DNA of 64,000 nt from Octopus sinensis. Its lineage: Eukaryota. Under the pieces are notes generated by a model, which searched no databases, had not been told where the DNA came from, and saw only the letters and a list, made by a program, of their open reading frames with translations. Shown piece after piece: positions 14,231 to 30,859 of this stretch (position 1 is the stretch's first letter; every line of letters starts with the position of its first letter). The translations under genes were made by a program, and so were the position numbers. The stretch is taken from positions 45,384,001-45,448,000 of the forward strand of contig NC_043009.1 in the NCBI RefSeq assembly GCF_006345805.1, read 5' to 3'.

Positions 14231-14640
14231 GGCGCAGGAGTGGCTGTGTGGTAAGTAGCTTGCTAACCAACCACATGGTTCCGGGTTCAGTCCCACTGCG
14301 TGGCATCTTGGGCAAGTGTCTTCTGCTATAGCCCCGGGCCGACCAATGCCTTGTGAGTGGATTTGGTAGACGGAAACTGAAAGAATCCTGTCGTATATAT
14401 GTATATATATATGTGTGTGTGTTTGTGTGTCTGTGTTTGTCCCCCTAGCATTGCTTGACAACCAATGCTGGTGTGTTTACGTCCCCGTCACTTAGCGGTT
14501 CGGCAAAAAGAGACCGATAGAATAAGTACTGGGCTTACAAAGAATAAGTCCCGGGGTCGATTTGCTCGACTAAAGGCGGTGCTCCAGCATGGCCGCAGTC
14601 AAATGACTGAAACAAGTAAAAGAGTAAAGAGTAAAAGAGT
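14231..14640 (+). mobile_element. tRNA-derived SINE, family B, full length
   Basis: A-box-like GGCTGTGTGGT, B-box GGGTTCAGTCCC, TTGGGCAAGTGTCTT core, internal (TA)(TG) tract and GTAAAAGA-type repeated tail. Confidence 0.9.
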
Positions 14641-14784
14641 ATATTATGTGCATATATATATATATATATATAATTAAATGAGGGGGTGTCTAAAAGACAC
14701 CAACATGCCTTTGTAAGGTATTTCTTTCATGCTGGCCACTTGATAATTTTGATACTTAAATATCGATATTATCCTCATATATAA

Positions 14785-14818
<34 letters not shown>

Positions 14819-14859
14819 GTACATATGTATATCTATCTATCACTTTATACATACCTACA

Positions 14860-16267
14860 TATTTGACACCGCCTTCTATTAACTCCTACTCCCTCCCTAC
14901 CCACACTAAGCTCTCCATCCCCTACTCCCAAATCCTCCATCTGAGCAGTCTCCGCAGTGACAGCCATGACTTAGAGACTCAGTCTCAACTCATGGCTCAT
15001 CACTTCATCCTTCGTGGATATCCCCTCACCACTATCCACACAGCTATTGCCAGAGCACTTTCCGTGGACCGTACCTCTGCTCTATCTCCCTGCACTTCCT
15101 CCGCCGTTGCCTGTCTCCCGTTTTCTCCGAGAGTTCCAGCGACTGAAGTCCGACCCTCCACTTCGCACATTTCCCCTAACTACCCCTTTTATCCTTCAAA
15201 CGAGCCCACACCCTGCGTGACCTCTTGGTCCACAGTTTCTTCCCTAACCCCATCTCCCAACCTGGCTTGTTCCCCTGCTCCCGCCCACGCTGCCGAACTT
15301 TCCCCCTACTTCTCCAACACCACCATCCTCACAGGTACCCATCATCGTCCCTATACCACCGACTCCTTCATCTGTACTTCTAACAACGTTATTTACTGCG
15401 TCACCTGCTCTTTCTGCTCTTCTTTGTACATCGGTGAAATGGGACACCCCTTGGCTGACTGGTTCTCGGAGTCCCTCCGAGACTTGAGACTCAGTAATAA
15501 CCCCTGGTCTCATGCCATCTCTGCTCTACCGGTCATTCACTACAATACCTGTCTATGTTCGAATTGTATTTGCACAGGGGCCATCCGGACTCCTGCCTTC
15601 GCCGTGAACAGGAATTAATCTTCTCTCTTCTCTCCTTTCTTCACCTGACTCCCATCCTCTCTTTATGTGACTCCCCTCCTCTCCTCTCCTCATCTGACAC
15701 CTACTTCTTTCTTCACTCCTATTAACATTCTGTCTTCATTGATACTCCCTTCCCCTACGGTATACCCCAACGCCCTACCCCACATTCCCACCTCCACGCT
15801 CATATCAAGCATCACCACACCACTCCACACACACTAGCTTGACCACTTCTCAGCACCCACAACGCACACCAGCATCTGCACACCCACACATTACAGACGC
15901 ACACACTTACACACAAGCACATCCACACACATCAAATTCACTAGCCCCTACCCATACGCGTACACTTACACATTCTCACATACACACACACACTTACGCG
16001 CACCTTCGTTTTGAGATCATCAATACTTTATCTCCCCTTCTTTCTTTCTCTCCTGTCAAACTGTTTTCTTCCAACATGTCACCATGCTTGATCGCTATAT
16101 CCCAAATTTTTTTTTTCTCCCTCTCTTTATTTTTTCTTATTCCTTTCTGTTGAAGAGCGTAGGCTCGAAACGTAAAAGACTCTCTCACTTTCCCGAGCGT
16201 CAAACTAATACACCTGCTTGTTGTTCGTACACCCGTCTTCGTCTTTTGTTTTTCTGTAAATGTCAAC

Positions 16268-16271
<4 letters not shown>
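14860..16271 (+). mobile_element. Penelope-like element (Neptune-type), 5'-truncated and frameshifted: RT C-terminus, GIY-YIG endonuclease, 3' pseudo-LTR
   Basis: SIPYSQIL...RGYP (RT thumb region), SFKRAHTLRDLLVHS and FPCSRPRCRT (Cys linker, alternate frame), FICTSNNVIYCVTCSFCSSLYIGE (GIY-YIG), LRREQELIFSL. The 251-aa ORF 14863-15618 is a mosaic of frames. pLTR at 16118-16271. Confidence 0.87.
16143..16178 (+). ncRNA. Minimal type-I hammerhead-like motif with variant core (CUGUUGA) in a PLE pseudo-LTR
   Basis: CTTT-CTGTTGA-A-GAGC(GTAG)GCTC-GAAACGT-A-AAAG: helix I CUUU/AAAG, helix II of 4 bp, palindromic ACGU helix III, GUA triplet. Activity unknown. Confidence 0.5.
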
Positions 16272-16338
<67 letters not shown>

Positions 16339-16668
16339 TATTACAGCAGACTGTAATATAACAAAATAACAGAAAAATTTGTGACAGGCAGTGTCTTCTT
16401 GAAAAACTTTCAGTTACAACTATGATGTTGTTGGTAAAACATGTTCTGTGTCTATCTCCTTATCCTCTTGGAGATTTTAGGTAAAATTATACTAATGTGT
16501 CCTAATTTAATTAAATTCTATGTCTTTGTGCAGCTGAAGATTGCTCTACATTTTAAATTGATGTAATGAAATGATTGCATTGTTCAATTAAATGGAGTCG
16601 TATGAAACGATCGTACTGCATTACCTCTGGATATCCTTGTGGCTTATTTTGATGATATATATACATAT

Positions 16669-17730
16669 ACTAGCTGAATGGAACATTTGTAGGTATAAAA
16701 GGAATTTTTGGAATAAAGACAACTCCTTTGTGACTACCTGTTATAATTGTTGCCTGCAAGGCATGGGGCTTCACAGAAGTAACAATTAAGCGAGTTCCAT
16801 TACATAGGTGAGATGGGTTAAGATTCCTAAGTAACATAATGGGAGCAACCAATTTTAGTATCAAGTTATGCGGTGGCATCCCAGTGGGTTCAAGTGTATT
16901 CAGAAATTGAACAGAGTATTGAACAACCTGATCTTGATCGACTGTTGACAATTGTTCGAAAAGTCATTTCTGATGTATCTGTTAAGTTTTGAAGAAATTG
17001 TTGATTGAGGTTATCAACCATTTCTTTAGCTGGAGCTAGTATAGCTGTTTTACAAAACCAGTTTACATCAGTGTAATTGACAGATAAATTAGGAAATACT
17101 TTATCCATAAGATCCCTAGGAGAAGGTATCATTTGACCGCATGTAATTTAGTGTAGCTGAATGTAGTCTTGAGTTGAATGTTAATATCCCATAACCAATC
17201 TTAAGAAGCTCGTATGATAACCTTGTAGAAGTACACTGATGTTGCTTGTAAGATGAAGTTTTGTCACGTCTCCAAAGGCACGATTTTTTGAAGTATGCAT
17301 TGACTTCATCAGCTTTTTATCCTTTGAGGATAACTGGCAACGTTGCATGAAGATCTGTAAACAGAACTGTTACTCCTTAAATGAGCGTGCTACTGGTTTC
17401 TATGTCTTGGAAGTTCCACGACATATATATATAGTTGACATTTACAGAAAAAGAAAAGACGAAGACAGGTGTACGAACAACAAGCAGGTGTATTAGTTTG
17501 ACGCTCGGGAAAGTGAGAGAGTATTTTACGTTTCGAGCCTACGCTCTTCAACAGAAAGGAATAAGAAAAAATAAAGAGAGGGAGAACAAACAATGAGGCA
17601 AGTTTGTTGGAAAACCGTTGCCATTGCAGAGATTTTGGAAATGTTGCCCGTTTGAGAATCTTTCATTGCAAGGTTGGAGGGTACCCCATTGAGGAGGGTA
17701 GCTGCAATACGAGAAGATGCAACACTGGAA
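16669..17730 (-). mobile_element. Helitron PIF1-helicase pseudogene fragment, interrupted by a PLE pseudo-LTR
   Basis: VASSRIAATLLNG...ISKISAMATVFQQTCLIV (17590-17725), then TLPVILKG*KADEV, KTAILAP and GMPPHNLILKLVAPIMLLRNLNPSHLCNGTRLIV...FIPKIPFIP. Ends at CTAG-T (16669-16673). Confidence 0.88.
17430..17583 (-). mobile_element. Solo PLE pseudo-LTR, near-identical to 16118-16271
   Basis: Reverse complement matches 16118-16271 over ~155 bp with about three substitutions. Contains the hammerhead-like motif at 17523-17558. Confidence 0.85.
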
Positions 17731-19179
17731 GAAGGTTAGGAATATGTTGCTGTTGTGAACGTTAATTAATTTTAAATATTTGCTGAAGGATGTATGTGGC
17801 AAGGCATAAATTAATTTGACATCATTTACTATATATTCTAACCGTGCAAGTTTATAGGATGTAGAATAAATACTGACTAACGTAGTAAAAATGTTGCGCA
17901 TCGCCGAATACTCTGACCTCTAAGTAGCATAGTAATTATATTGAATTATATATATTCAACTATATTGAAAGAGTCGCTAAGGCTTTTTATTTTGTCAAGT
18001 TTCCGAATTCGCTATAATAACCAGAATAACATTTTTTTCCAGACATTTGCGAGTGTTGTGACTCATAACACTCGTAACTTGTGAGTGCTATCAAGTCAAC
18101 CAAATCTTCATGTTGGTTATAATAACCAGAATAATATTTCAGCACATAATTAGTGGTAATTGTCAATGCTGTTTAAACCGCAACTCTCCATGATGAAAAG
18201 GAAAATTCAAACAGTGGTAGTAGTTCGTTCAGCGTCCAGGCCGCAACTAAACTAAATTATTTCAAAGTCGGAGTCTTTCACTGTTTGGCGGTACATTCAC
18301 ATACATATACTAAGATAGACACACATTCACGCACACCTCAGGCCTATTTCTGTCCCTCTGTGTGTCTGTCTTTGTCTTTAGATGTGTCTATGTTTGTGTG
18401 TGTGCGCATGTGTGTGTGTTAGTCGTCATAAGAATGTATGTATACTGAGAGACACATACACCGTCACATACATATACTTCTCCATCATCGGTATTACGTA
18501 CTTAACGAACGCGCAAACACACACTCACTGACAGACACATACGCACTCATATAGAAAATATGACGTGGCGGTGGTGGTGGTATAAAATGTCATTTACGAG
18601 AGATGACTAAAAGAAAGATTATAAAGTTAAAGTTTTGTAATGCAAATATATAAATGAAAATAAATTTCATTTGGTAGCCGAAACATTACTGAGTCTTTTG
18701 ATACCTCATACGGCAAAATCAGCAACTCAGTTTTCGAATCCATAAGGAACATCTGTGCGCGCGCACACACACACAAACTGTCTTTTATACGTGTGTATGC
18801 ATCTATGTATGTATGTATATGTGGGTATGTAATCATGTATTTATGTACGAGATACAGGAAAAAATGAGACACCAGACGGACCATTTCATATTTGTTTTGA
18901 CAGTACGTTAGGAAAGGTATTGGCAGGTTCCTGACTCTAGTAAATAAGTTAGCCGCTTACAAAGTAGTCATGAAGTAAGCCAGCACCGTGGTGGATAAAC
19001 TCATTTGTATGTTGCGGCAAAGCATGATTAATTACGCAATGTCTATTTATCCCCAACAAAGCGTAAATTAGAAGAAAGGAGATAAATGTTATAAAAATGT
19101 ACAGTAGAATATTCTTAATTCTTATTTAACATTTAATGGAGCTTTACTATATGTAAATTCACTCCAATTTATCCGATAC

Positions 19180-20350
<1,171 letters not shown>

Positions 20351-21093
20351 GTATATGTGTATTTTCTTGAGCATATGTCTACAAGATTATAGCTTGAAAA
20401 TCGATTGCACCATTGGGACAGTTTCGATTCCATATATTTGACCGAGACAATAAATCAGTCTACTTTTTTTTATCTAGGGCCACACTATTGATATTGAACT
20501 GTTTTAAGTTCACTGAACGATAAACTAAGAGAACCACAATACAATGACGCTGCTTCTTTCTCATTATCACTAGAAGAAGCAGCTAGTCTCTCACTCACTT
20601 CGAATTCCTTCATTCTCAAACAGAAATCTCTAAAGTTTTAAGAGACGTGTTAATCTTGACCGGAATATCTTCACTCATAGATCTGCTGGAACGGTGTGAC
20701 TTTTAGGCTAAGAATGAAAAAAAAAAAAGAAAGTGAACGAAAACGAATTTACATTTCTATGTAGTTTATTGAATTTGCACTCATTTTCTACTATTTACAA
20801 AACACAAACAAACACACATACACACATGCATACATACACACATGCATACATACATGCATGCATACATGCATGCATACATACATGCATGCATACATACATA
20901 CATGCATACACACGCAGCTATATGAGAAAGATAGATACAGATATATATATATATTATATATACATATATATATATAGGTAAAGAGAGGAATAGAAAGAGA
21001 GAGAATATACGTATAAGCATATGCAAATATACATCCACACACGCACACACATACATGCATACATATATGCATAGACATACATATACGTATGCA

Positions 21094-21258
21094 TAGGCGT
21101 GGGAATGTGGTAAGAATCTTGCTTGGTAACTACATGATTCTGGGTTCAGTCCCACTGCGCGTGATATCTTGGGCAAGTCTCTTCCACTATAGCTTTGGGC
21201 CAACTAAAGCCTTGTGAGTGGCTTTGGTAGACAGAAACACAAAGAAACCCGTAGTATA
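21094..21258 (+). mobile_element. SINE family B, 5' half
   Basis: TGTGGTAAGAATCTTGCTT...GGGTTCAGTCCCACTGCG...GCCTTGTGAGTGG, running into a (CA)n tract. Confidence 0.8.
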
Positions 21259-21283
21259 CATATACATACACACACACAAACAA

Positions 21284-21379
<96 letters not shown>

Positions 21380-21999
21380 CGTATATATATGTTTTGTATG
21401 TTTTATCAAAATCAAAGAGTACAACAAAATATGCATTGCTTCGTCTGATACTGTCGTCAGGGATATATTTTCTAATTTCCTAATTCTTTGTTATGTAAAT
21501 TATACATAGAAAGAGAAATATGCAGGAGAGAGGACAGATAACCAGACTGCTATAGCTGAGGTTATTAATGGGGAGTGAGTCTTGTGTAGCTGGTGTTTTA
21601 AGATAGGTCCGATAGTAGAGCAGTAGTTGTGATGAAGATGATGTTAAGGATAAAGATAATTATGGAGATGGAATCGGTGGCAGTGGTTCTTAGTGTCTAA
21701 CAGTGAAATGAAAGGTGAAAGTGGAGATATTGAAGGAGATATTTATGATGGTGATGATGACGATGTTGATATTGATGATAGTGGCAATGGTGGTGGCTTT
21801 GGTGATTCTAGTAACAGAAGAATAGTACGCTTGTGAAGAAGTGGTGTCAATCAGTAGAACCGTTGAGGGATTCACACAACGACACGGTTCTCTGTTTATA
21901 GGTGTCAACATAAATACACATATGTATTCATACATGGACAAATACATTGACGCGCGCGCACACACATACATATCTGTCTGTTTACATCATTATATACCC

Positions 22000-22860
22000 G
22001 TATGAGGCTGTCAGTTTAGCTGCCAGCTGCTTTTGATCTCTCTTGTAGTTCCATGCACTAGTTTTACCTGCCCTTCAGCTACGCCGATTATTATGTCTTC
22101 CGTATTTGGCTCTTTCACTTACAGCCATACATGAAATGTCTTTATAGTGTCCTTTTGGCTTTGACTAATTGCATTTCTTATGGCTGTGTCCCATCGAAGG
22201 CATTTTAACAACTGTCATCCACAAATAGCGACTATCATTATATTAATTACGTGTGTTGACATCTTTGATGGTGGCCGATAGTTAGTCTCGAACGTCAAGT
22301 GAAATTATATGATCTTAGTTTTCCTTATGGCTTTGTCGCTTGTTTCAACAGGTAATAATTACAATTTGTTGCTCTCTTCTAGAATATGAGATAACTCCAT
22401 TTACTTCATGGAGAAAACTGAAATGCTAATATGTATCACCTTAGAGCTCCAGCGCTCAAAGGGAAGCTTAATGCTGTATAGACCAGATACATACGTCTTA
22501 TTAATGTTTACTGTCAACGCCTGCTCAAATGCTCTAACAAACCCAAGAAAAGCCATTTCGTATAGGGATCCTCGATGAAATTAAGAATTACTTGCGAAAC
22601 CATGGTTGTAAACATGAAGATGTCGTCACTGTTGCAGAATGTATCTATAATTTCAAGTTGCTCATTTGTCTTCGTTAATACACATTCTTGAGCGGCTGCG
22701 AAGTTTCATGAGTTTTGAAGAAGAGCAGAAATTCTTAATTCTGTTTTTGCACCAGACGCAATTAATTCTACGTGAAAAAAATTTTGTAATAACGTTGACT
22801 TCTCAGTTCCTCTCAATTTCTATTTCTCTGTGCAATCAATCCTGGAAGAAATCGATTGGT
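22000..22860 (-). mobile_element. Heavily decayed RTE-like LINE reverse-transcriptase remnant
   Basis: Minus-strand fragments LYEMAFLGFVRAFEQALTVN (cf. FxDFEKAFDSV) and LFVDDS (cf. YADD); many stops. Confidence 0.35.
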
Positions 22861-23722
22861 AAATGAATGACAGAACAAAATAAAAATGAAGCAACAAAAA
22901 AAAAAAGAAGATGGAAACTCAAGAATCTTAACTGGTATTGAGCACTTTATCGACAGCTGGTCTTCTTAGACTTTTAACTGAAATATCTGACATATGCATA
23001 CACACACATATTAACATGCATACGTTTCTCTATCATCTGCATTTCAATTCACGAATTCCTTTTTATCAGGGCTACAGATATCTTGCATAATCGCCATTCA
23101 TTAATTTATTTTCTCTGCAGTGTTTTTTCGTAGTTAATTACCTCCTTTTAATACAGTAACGACCTCCACAGCATATGTATTATGAAAACAGTTCTATCAA
23201 TTGGTTACGTATCATAATAAGCTTTACACCTCAATTAACTTTGAATAGAGTAGAATGCTAATTAATGTGGTAAATAAGAACCCTCATAACAAATAGTAAA
23301 CTAGAATTAATTATTCATGATAATTAGAAGAATCTCTTCGAGAAGGAGGTAATTTATACAAATAGGTAACTCTTTTCCTTAACAATAGTCAATGAATGTG
23401 AATTAATATAAATTGAATTTCGAGGCAATAACAACAAATAACAAACGCAGCAATTTACGTTCGTCTAATCGAGCTGGGCCACTAAAATTTCATGATTATT
23501 AAAAGGTTTACTTCACATTCTAGCCATAGGAAGTAATGCATGCTATTATGTCAGTATTTTATAGACTTCCATCTATAAAGAACAACTATAATAGCATAGA
23601 GTTCTTAGTGTAGCTAAAAGCGTAAAACTGCTTAAAAAGTAGGTCGTGCAGAAAAACTTTTGAAGTAAAACATCTAATTTAAATCTTACATTTTCTCTTT
23701 ATACAAGCCTGTATATATATAT

Positions 23723-26485
<2,763 letters not shown>

Positions 26486-26486
26486 A

Positions 26487-28176
26487 GAAGACAATCACTG
26501 GAATGCAACTCTGCATGAGGCACGTGTTTCCTGTTCTGCATTTCAGTTGCGAAATCTCTTCGCCATTATGCTTCAGGCTTGTGACATCTCTAACCGTTAC
26601 CAGCTTTTGGAGAAGTAACATGAATCCTTCTGTGAAGACATTGTCAACTGATTGCAGGGGCAAAATCAAGATCTCGAAATCCAGCTGACTGAGAACATCA
26701 AGAATGAGGCTCTACTTCTTTTTGAAGATAAAGTTCTTTAATTTGGAGGAAAACGTTTGTGGGAGTATGGCTTGCCAGATCCAATAAGAGAACAGCCCAG
26801 AAAAGACCGACCAAGAAATCTTAAGGGAGACATCCTATAACATGAACAATCTCTATGAGTACTTGACAGAGAATGAGCCAAAGCTTTGACTGAAGAACGA
26901 ACAGCTTACAATTGCATCATTCCAATGACCCAGGAGGAAAAGAGTGGCCTGTTCTTTTTGGATGCTCCTGGTGGGTACTGGCAAGATGTTTTTGATCAAT
27001 CTTATGTTAGCAAAAGTCCGTCTAGATGGCTACATTGCATTGACGCTAGCGTCTTCTAGAATAGCAGCTACTCTCTTGATAGGTAGACGAATAGCTCATT
27101 CTACTCTCAAGGTTCCCTTGAATTTAATTAGGGCAGGGGCTCCAATTTGCAACATTTATAAGACATCAGCAAATGTCAAGGTCTTGCAGCATACGCACTC
27201 GATTGTCTGGGATGAATGCACCACGTCTCACCGTGGAGCACTTGAGGCTGTTGACCGTATCATAAGAGATTTAAGAGGAAAGCACATTATTATAGGTGGG
27301 ATCACTGTAGTTCTGGTTGGGGATTTCAGACAAACCCTTCCTGTAATACCAAAAGGTACAAAAGCAGATGAACTCCAGGCCTGGCTCAAGCAATCCTATC
27401 TGTGGAAGCAAGTAGCTGAACTGCACCTGACAGTTAACACGAGTGCCCAATCTTTTTGTGATCAAACTGCCGGGATGGCAGCTTACGAAGGTAAGGAATA
27501 GGCTCCGACCGTACGTCAACCAAATATAGCAACACCGGCTACCCTGTAGTGAGATGGTACCAACTGTCAATGATCTCATAACGTATGTGCCCCAAGCATT
27601 GCACAGAACTTTAGCAACAGTCAATGGCTCTGTGAGTAAGCCATCTTAGTTCCACGTAATGATACTGTCGACAAAGCCAACTGGGATCTCTTGCAGCTGT
27701 TTCCAGGACAAGAATAGTCTTTCAAATACCTCGACACTGTCATTGATCAAGACAAGGCTGTAGTTTTTCTACCTCACCACTTAACACTTAAAAAGAGGGC
27801 CCCAATCATGCTGCTCAGGAATCTGCATTTACCTCGTCTATACTATGGCACCAGACAGGTGGAGAAAACGATGTGATCCCATGTCCTAAAGGCAACAATT
27901 ATGACTGGGAACTTTAAAGGTAAAGATGTCTTCATTCCACGGATCCCGTTAATCCCATATAACCTCCTGTTTGAATTTAAACGATTCCAGTTTCCAGTGA
28001 AACTAAGCTTCGCTGTGTGGATAAATCTGAAAGACAGGCTCTCAAGGTTATTGGACTTCACCCTGCTTCTCTCAATTGCATGTAGGATGTTTACGAGTTG
28101 GAAGTCCCCCAAATCTTTTCATTTATACACCAATTAGAGGGCACACTCAAAACATCGTATATATAGAAGCTCTAGT
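26487..28176 (+). mobile_element. Helitron Rep-helicase pseudogene (C-terminal part)
   Basis: EDNHWNATLHEA...QLRNLFAIMLQ, LFFLDAPGG/TGK (Walker A, frameshifted), ASSRIAATLL, IVWDECT, LVGDFRQTLPVI, FIPRIPLIP, FKRFQFPVKLSFA, TQNIVYIEAL; multiple stops and frameshifts. Confidence 0.92.
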
Positions 28177-28363
28177 TAGTATATATTTAGATCTATACTT
28201 ATCTGTCTGTCTGTCTGTCTCTCTCTGTGTATATCTATCTATCTACACACACACACACATAGAGAGAGAGAGGGGGGAAGGGAGAAAAAGAGAAGGAGAG
28301 TATATGTATATATATAGTATAAATATATATACATATAAAAGGAGAGGGAAGGAAGGAGAGTGT

Positions 28364-28510
<147 letters not shown>

Positions 28511-28937
28511 TAAATAATAAGGCAGAAATTGTTATTAATCAATTAAAACCAGTGGCTAAGCATACTTAGAACTTTATAATGCTCTATTTCGTTTGAGCGT
28601 TCTGTATCTAGTTCTGGAAATTGTGCTTTGTAAGCGACAGACTACGCTGACAATCTTGCATATATTTGCGTATTTACATACATAAATATTAACAAGTGAA
28701 ATGGTACGTAGGTAATGTTTTTTTTTTATTTCGTATATTTTCATTTGTCTTGCTCATTTTTGCGTTTTGGCGTTTTTGTTGAGAATTTTTCTTGAGGACA
28801 CACTTTTTGTGGTAATGGCGATTTGACGTCTATGTTTAGCATATTAGTGGTCATTACTCTTAATTTTGAATATATATATATATATGCATGGATGTATGCG
28901 TGTATGTACTTGTACGTACGTAGGTACGTATATATAT

Positions 28938-28988
<51 letters not shown>

Positions 28989-29856
28989 GTACGTATGTGT
29001 GTGTGTATGTATGTATGTATGTATGTATGTATGTATGTATGTATGTATGCACGTGTGTTATGTACTTTATGTATGTGTGTTCTTACGGTAGTTTATTATT
29101 AGCATGCGCATCCAGTAGAACTTATATATTTATAATAAAATATATTTTGCCTTGTTTGAATACGTATGTTATAGTATTATTAGAAAGCAGATCACGGCAA
29201 CGCACAATCACAAACTTACTGAAGCAATCCGTTTTCACATGCTACGACGCTCTACACTCACACACCACGACGCTGGAATAAGCATACTTCCTCACAATAC
29301 ACCAGGCATCTTCGGAAAAAAATTCATAGGCTTTATTTTATTTTACAATTTTTGTCTTGTTATTCCTTCTCTTTTGTATGGTCGATGTATGATAAAAATT
29401 TATAGTTGAGAAGAATTCTAAAGATGCACAATGCCAACACCGTACAAAAGGTTTTAGATTTTTTTTTTCATTTGTATTTCAATAGAAAAGTGTTGACTAG
29501 ATTCTTTTGAATAAATAACATATTCTACGTATATTTCTCCTGCTTTAAAATGTAGAATTGGTGTCAGTCTAGATACAGAAATGATTGCAATCAGCAGTTG
29601 ATATAAACATATACACAAACACGCACTAACACCCCCCACACATACACGCACACGCACGCGTACACATTACTGCACTCACAAACACATCGCAAGTATTTTC
29701 CTTCTTATTGTTCCCTATCTCTCTCCCTCCTAAATATACAAACATGCATTCATATATATCATTAACTCTACTTGCATATTACTATGTGTATATATATAAT
29801 ACATACATATACATACATACATACATACATACATACATACATACATACATGCATAC

Positions 29857-29923
<67 letters not shown>

Positions 29924-30010
29924 TATATGTGTGTGTATGTAGAAAAGTCAAAGAAACGAATAAATTGAAGTGACTACAGCAGACCGTGCACTAGGAATGT
30001 ATTAGATTGA

Positions 30011-30084
<74 letters not shown>

Positions 30085-30145
30085 CATACATAATACACAC
30101 ACACACACACATATATATATATGAGTCTGTGTGTGTGTGTGTGTG

Positions 30146-30490
30146 TGTAAAGTATATTTGCTATTTAAATGTAGCTAACCACTAAGGGTGGATGCTTCTG
30201 TAGCTTGTAGCCCCAGGAGAACATCTTCTCCAGCTGGCTATTGACGCACTTTCTGTGCCCTGTCAAAGACCGGTGATTGTCATGCGCTTACGACGGGTCA
30301 ATATTCAGAAACCCGGGTCCGTGCGTATCACGTCAGGTCGACGATGGTAAGGATGGCTTCCCGTTGCAAATGCTGATAGGGCTCAGAAAGTTTGTCAATA
30401 GCCAGCTGGAGATATTCTCATGGGGCTACAAGCTATAGTAGCATCCACCCTTAGTGGTTAGCCACAGTTAACTGGCAAACATACTTCACA
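30146..30490. mobile_element. Fold-back / MITE-like element with ~120-bp terminal inverted repeats
   Basis: Arms 30146-30265 and 30374-30490 are reverse complements (about 14 mismatches plus a 3-bp gap), with TGT...ACA ends and a ~108-bp GC-richer spacer. No clear TSD. Confidence 0.75.
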
Positions 30491-30528
30491 TTGTCGTGCA
30501 GCTACTGTTTATACCTCGTCCAGAGATT

Positions 30529-30559
<31 letters not shown>

Positions 30560-30859
30560 CGGTGTGTATTATATATATATGTATAAATATATTATAACAT
30601 GGTACAATGCTGTAGATTATGCTATCCTAGTGGGACCCGTGAATATTGCACGGAATTAATGGTAAACTTACTGGGTAATTTAAGAAAACTTTATCCAAAA
30701 ACCTGAAACAACCTGTTTTGTGTTTGTATCAAATGGTAGTCTCTCATATGCTAAGAATTGAAAAGTGAAGGAAACTGGAATACGATTACTTAATGTACTT
30801 TATATATACACTTTAAATGCTTTATGCACAATTTTATAGATTTTATACACACCACTCTC

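Noticed and set aside
14231-14310. tRNA-like heads of SINEs as tRNA genes
   Set aside because: A/B boxes are present but there is no complete cloverleaf, and each continues into a SINE body.
14863-15618. 251-aa ORF as an intact host gene
   Set aside because: It is a frameshift mosaic of a Penelope RT/GIY-YIG; conserved motifs switch frames inside it.
26944-27501. 185-aa ORF as a cellular PIF1 helicase gene
   Set aside because: Intronless, with Walker A frameshifted, flanked by Helitron Rep-side sequence and multiple stops; it is a Helitron pseudogene.
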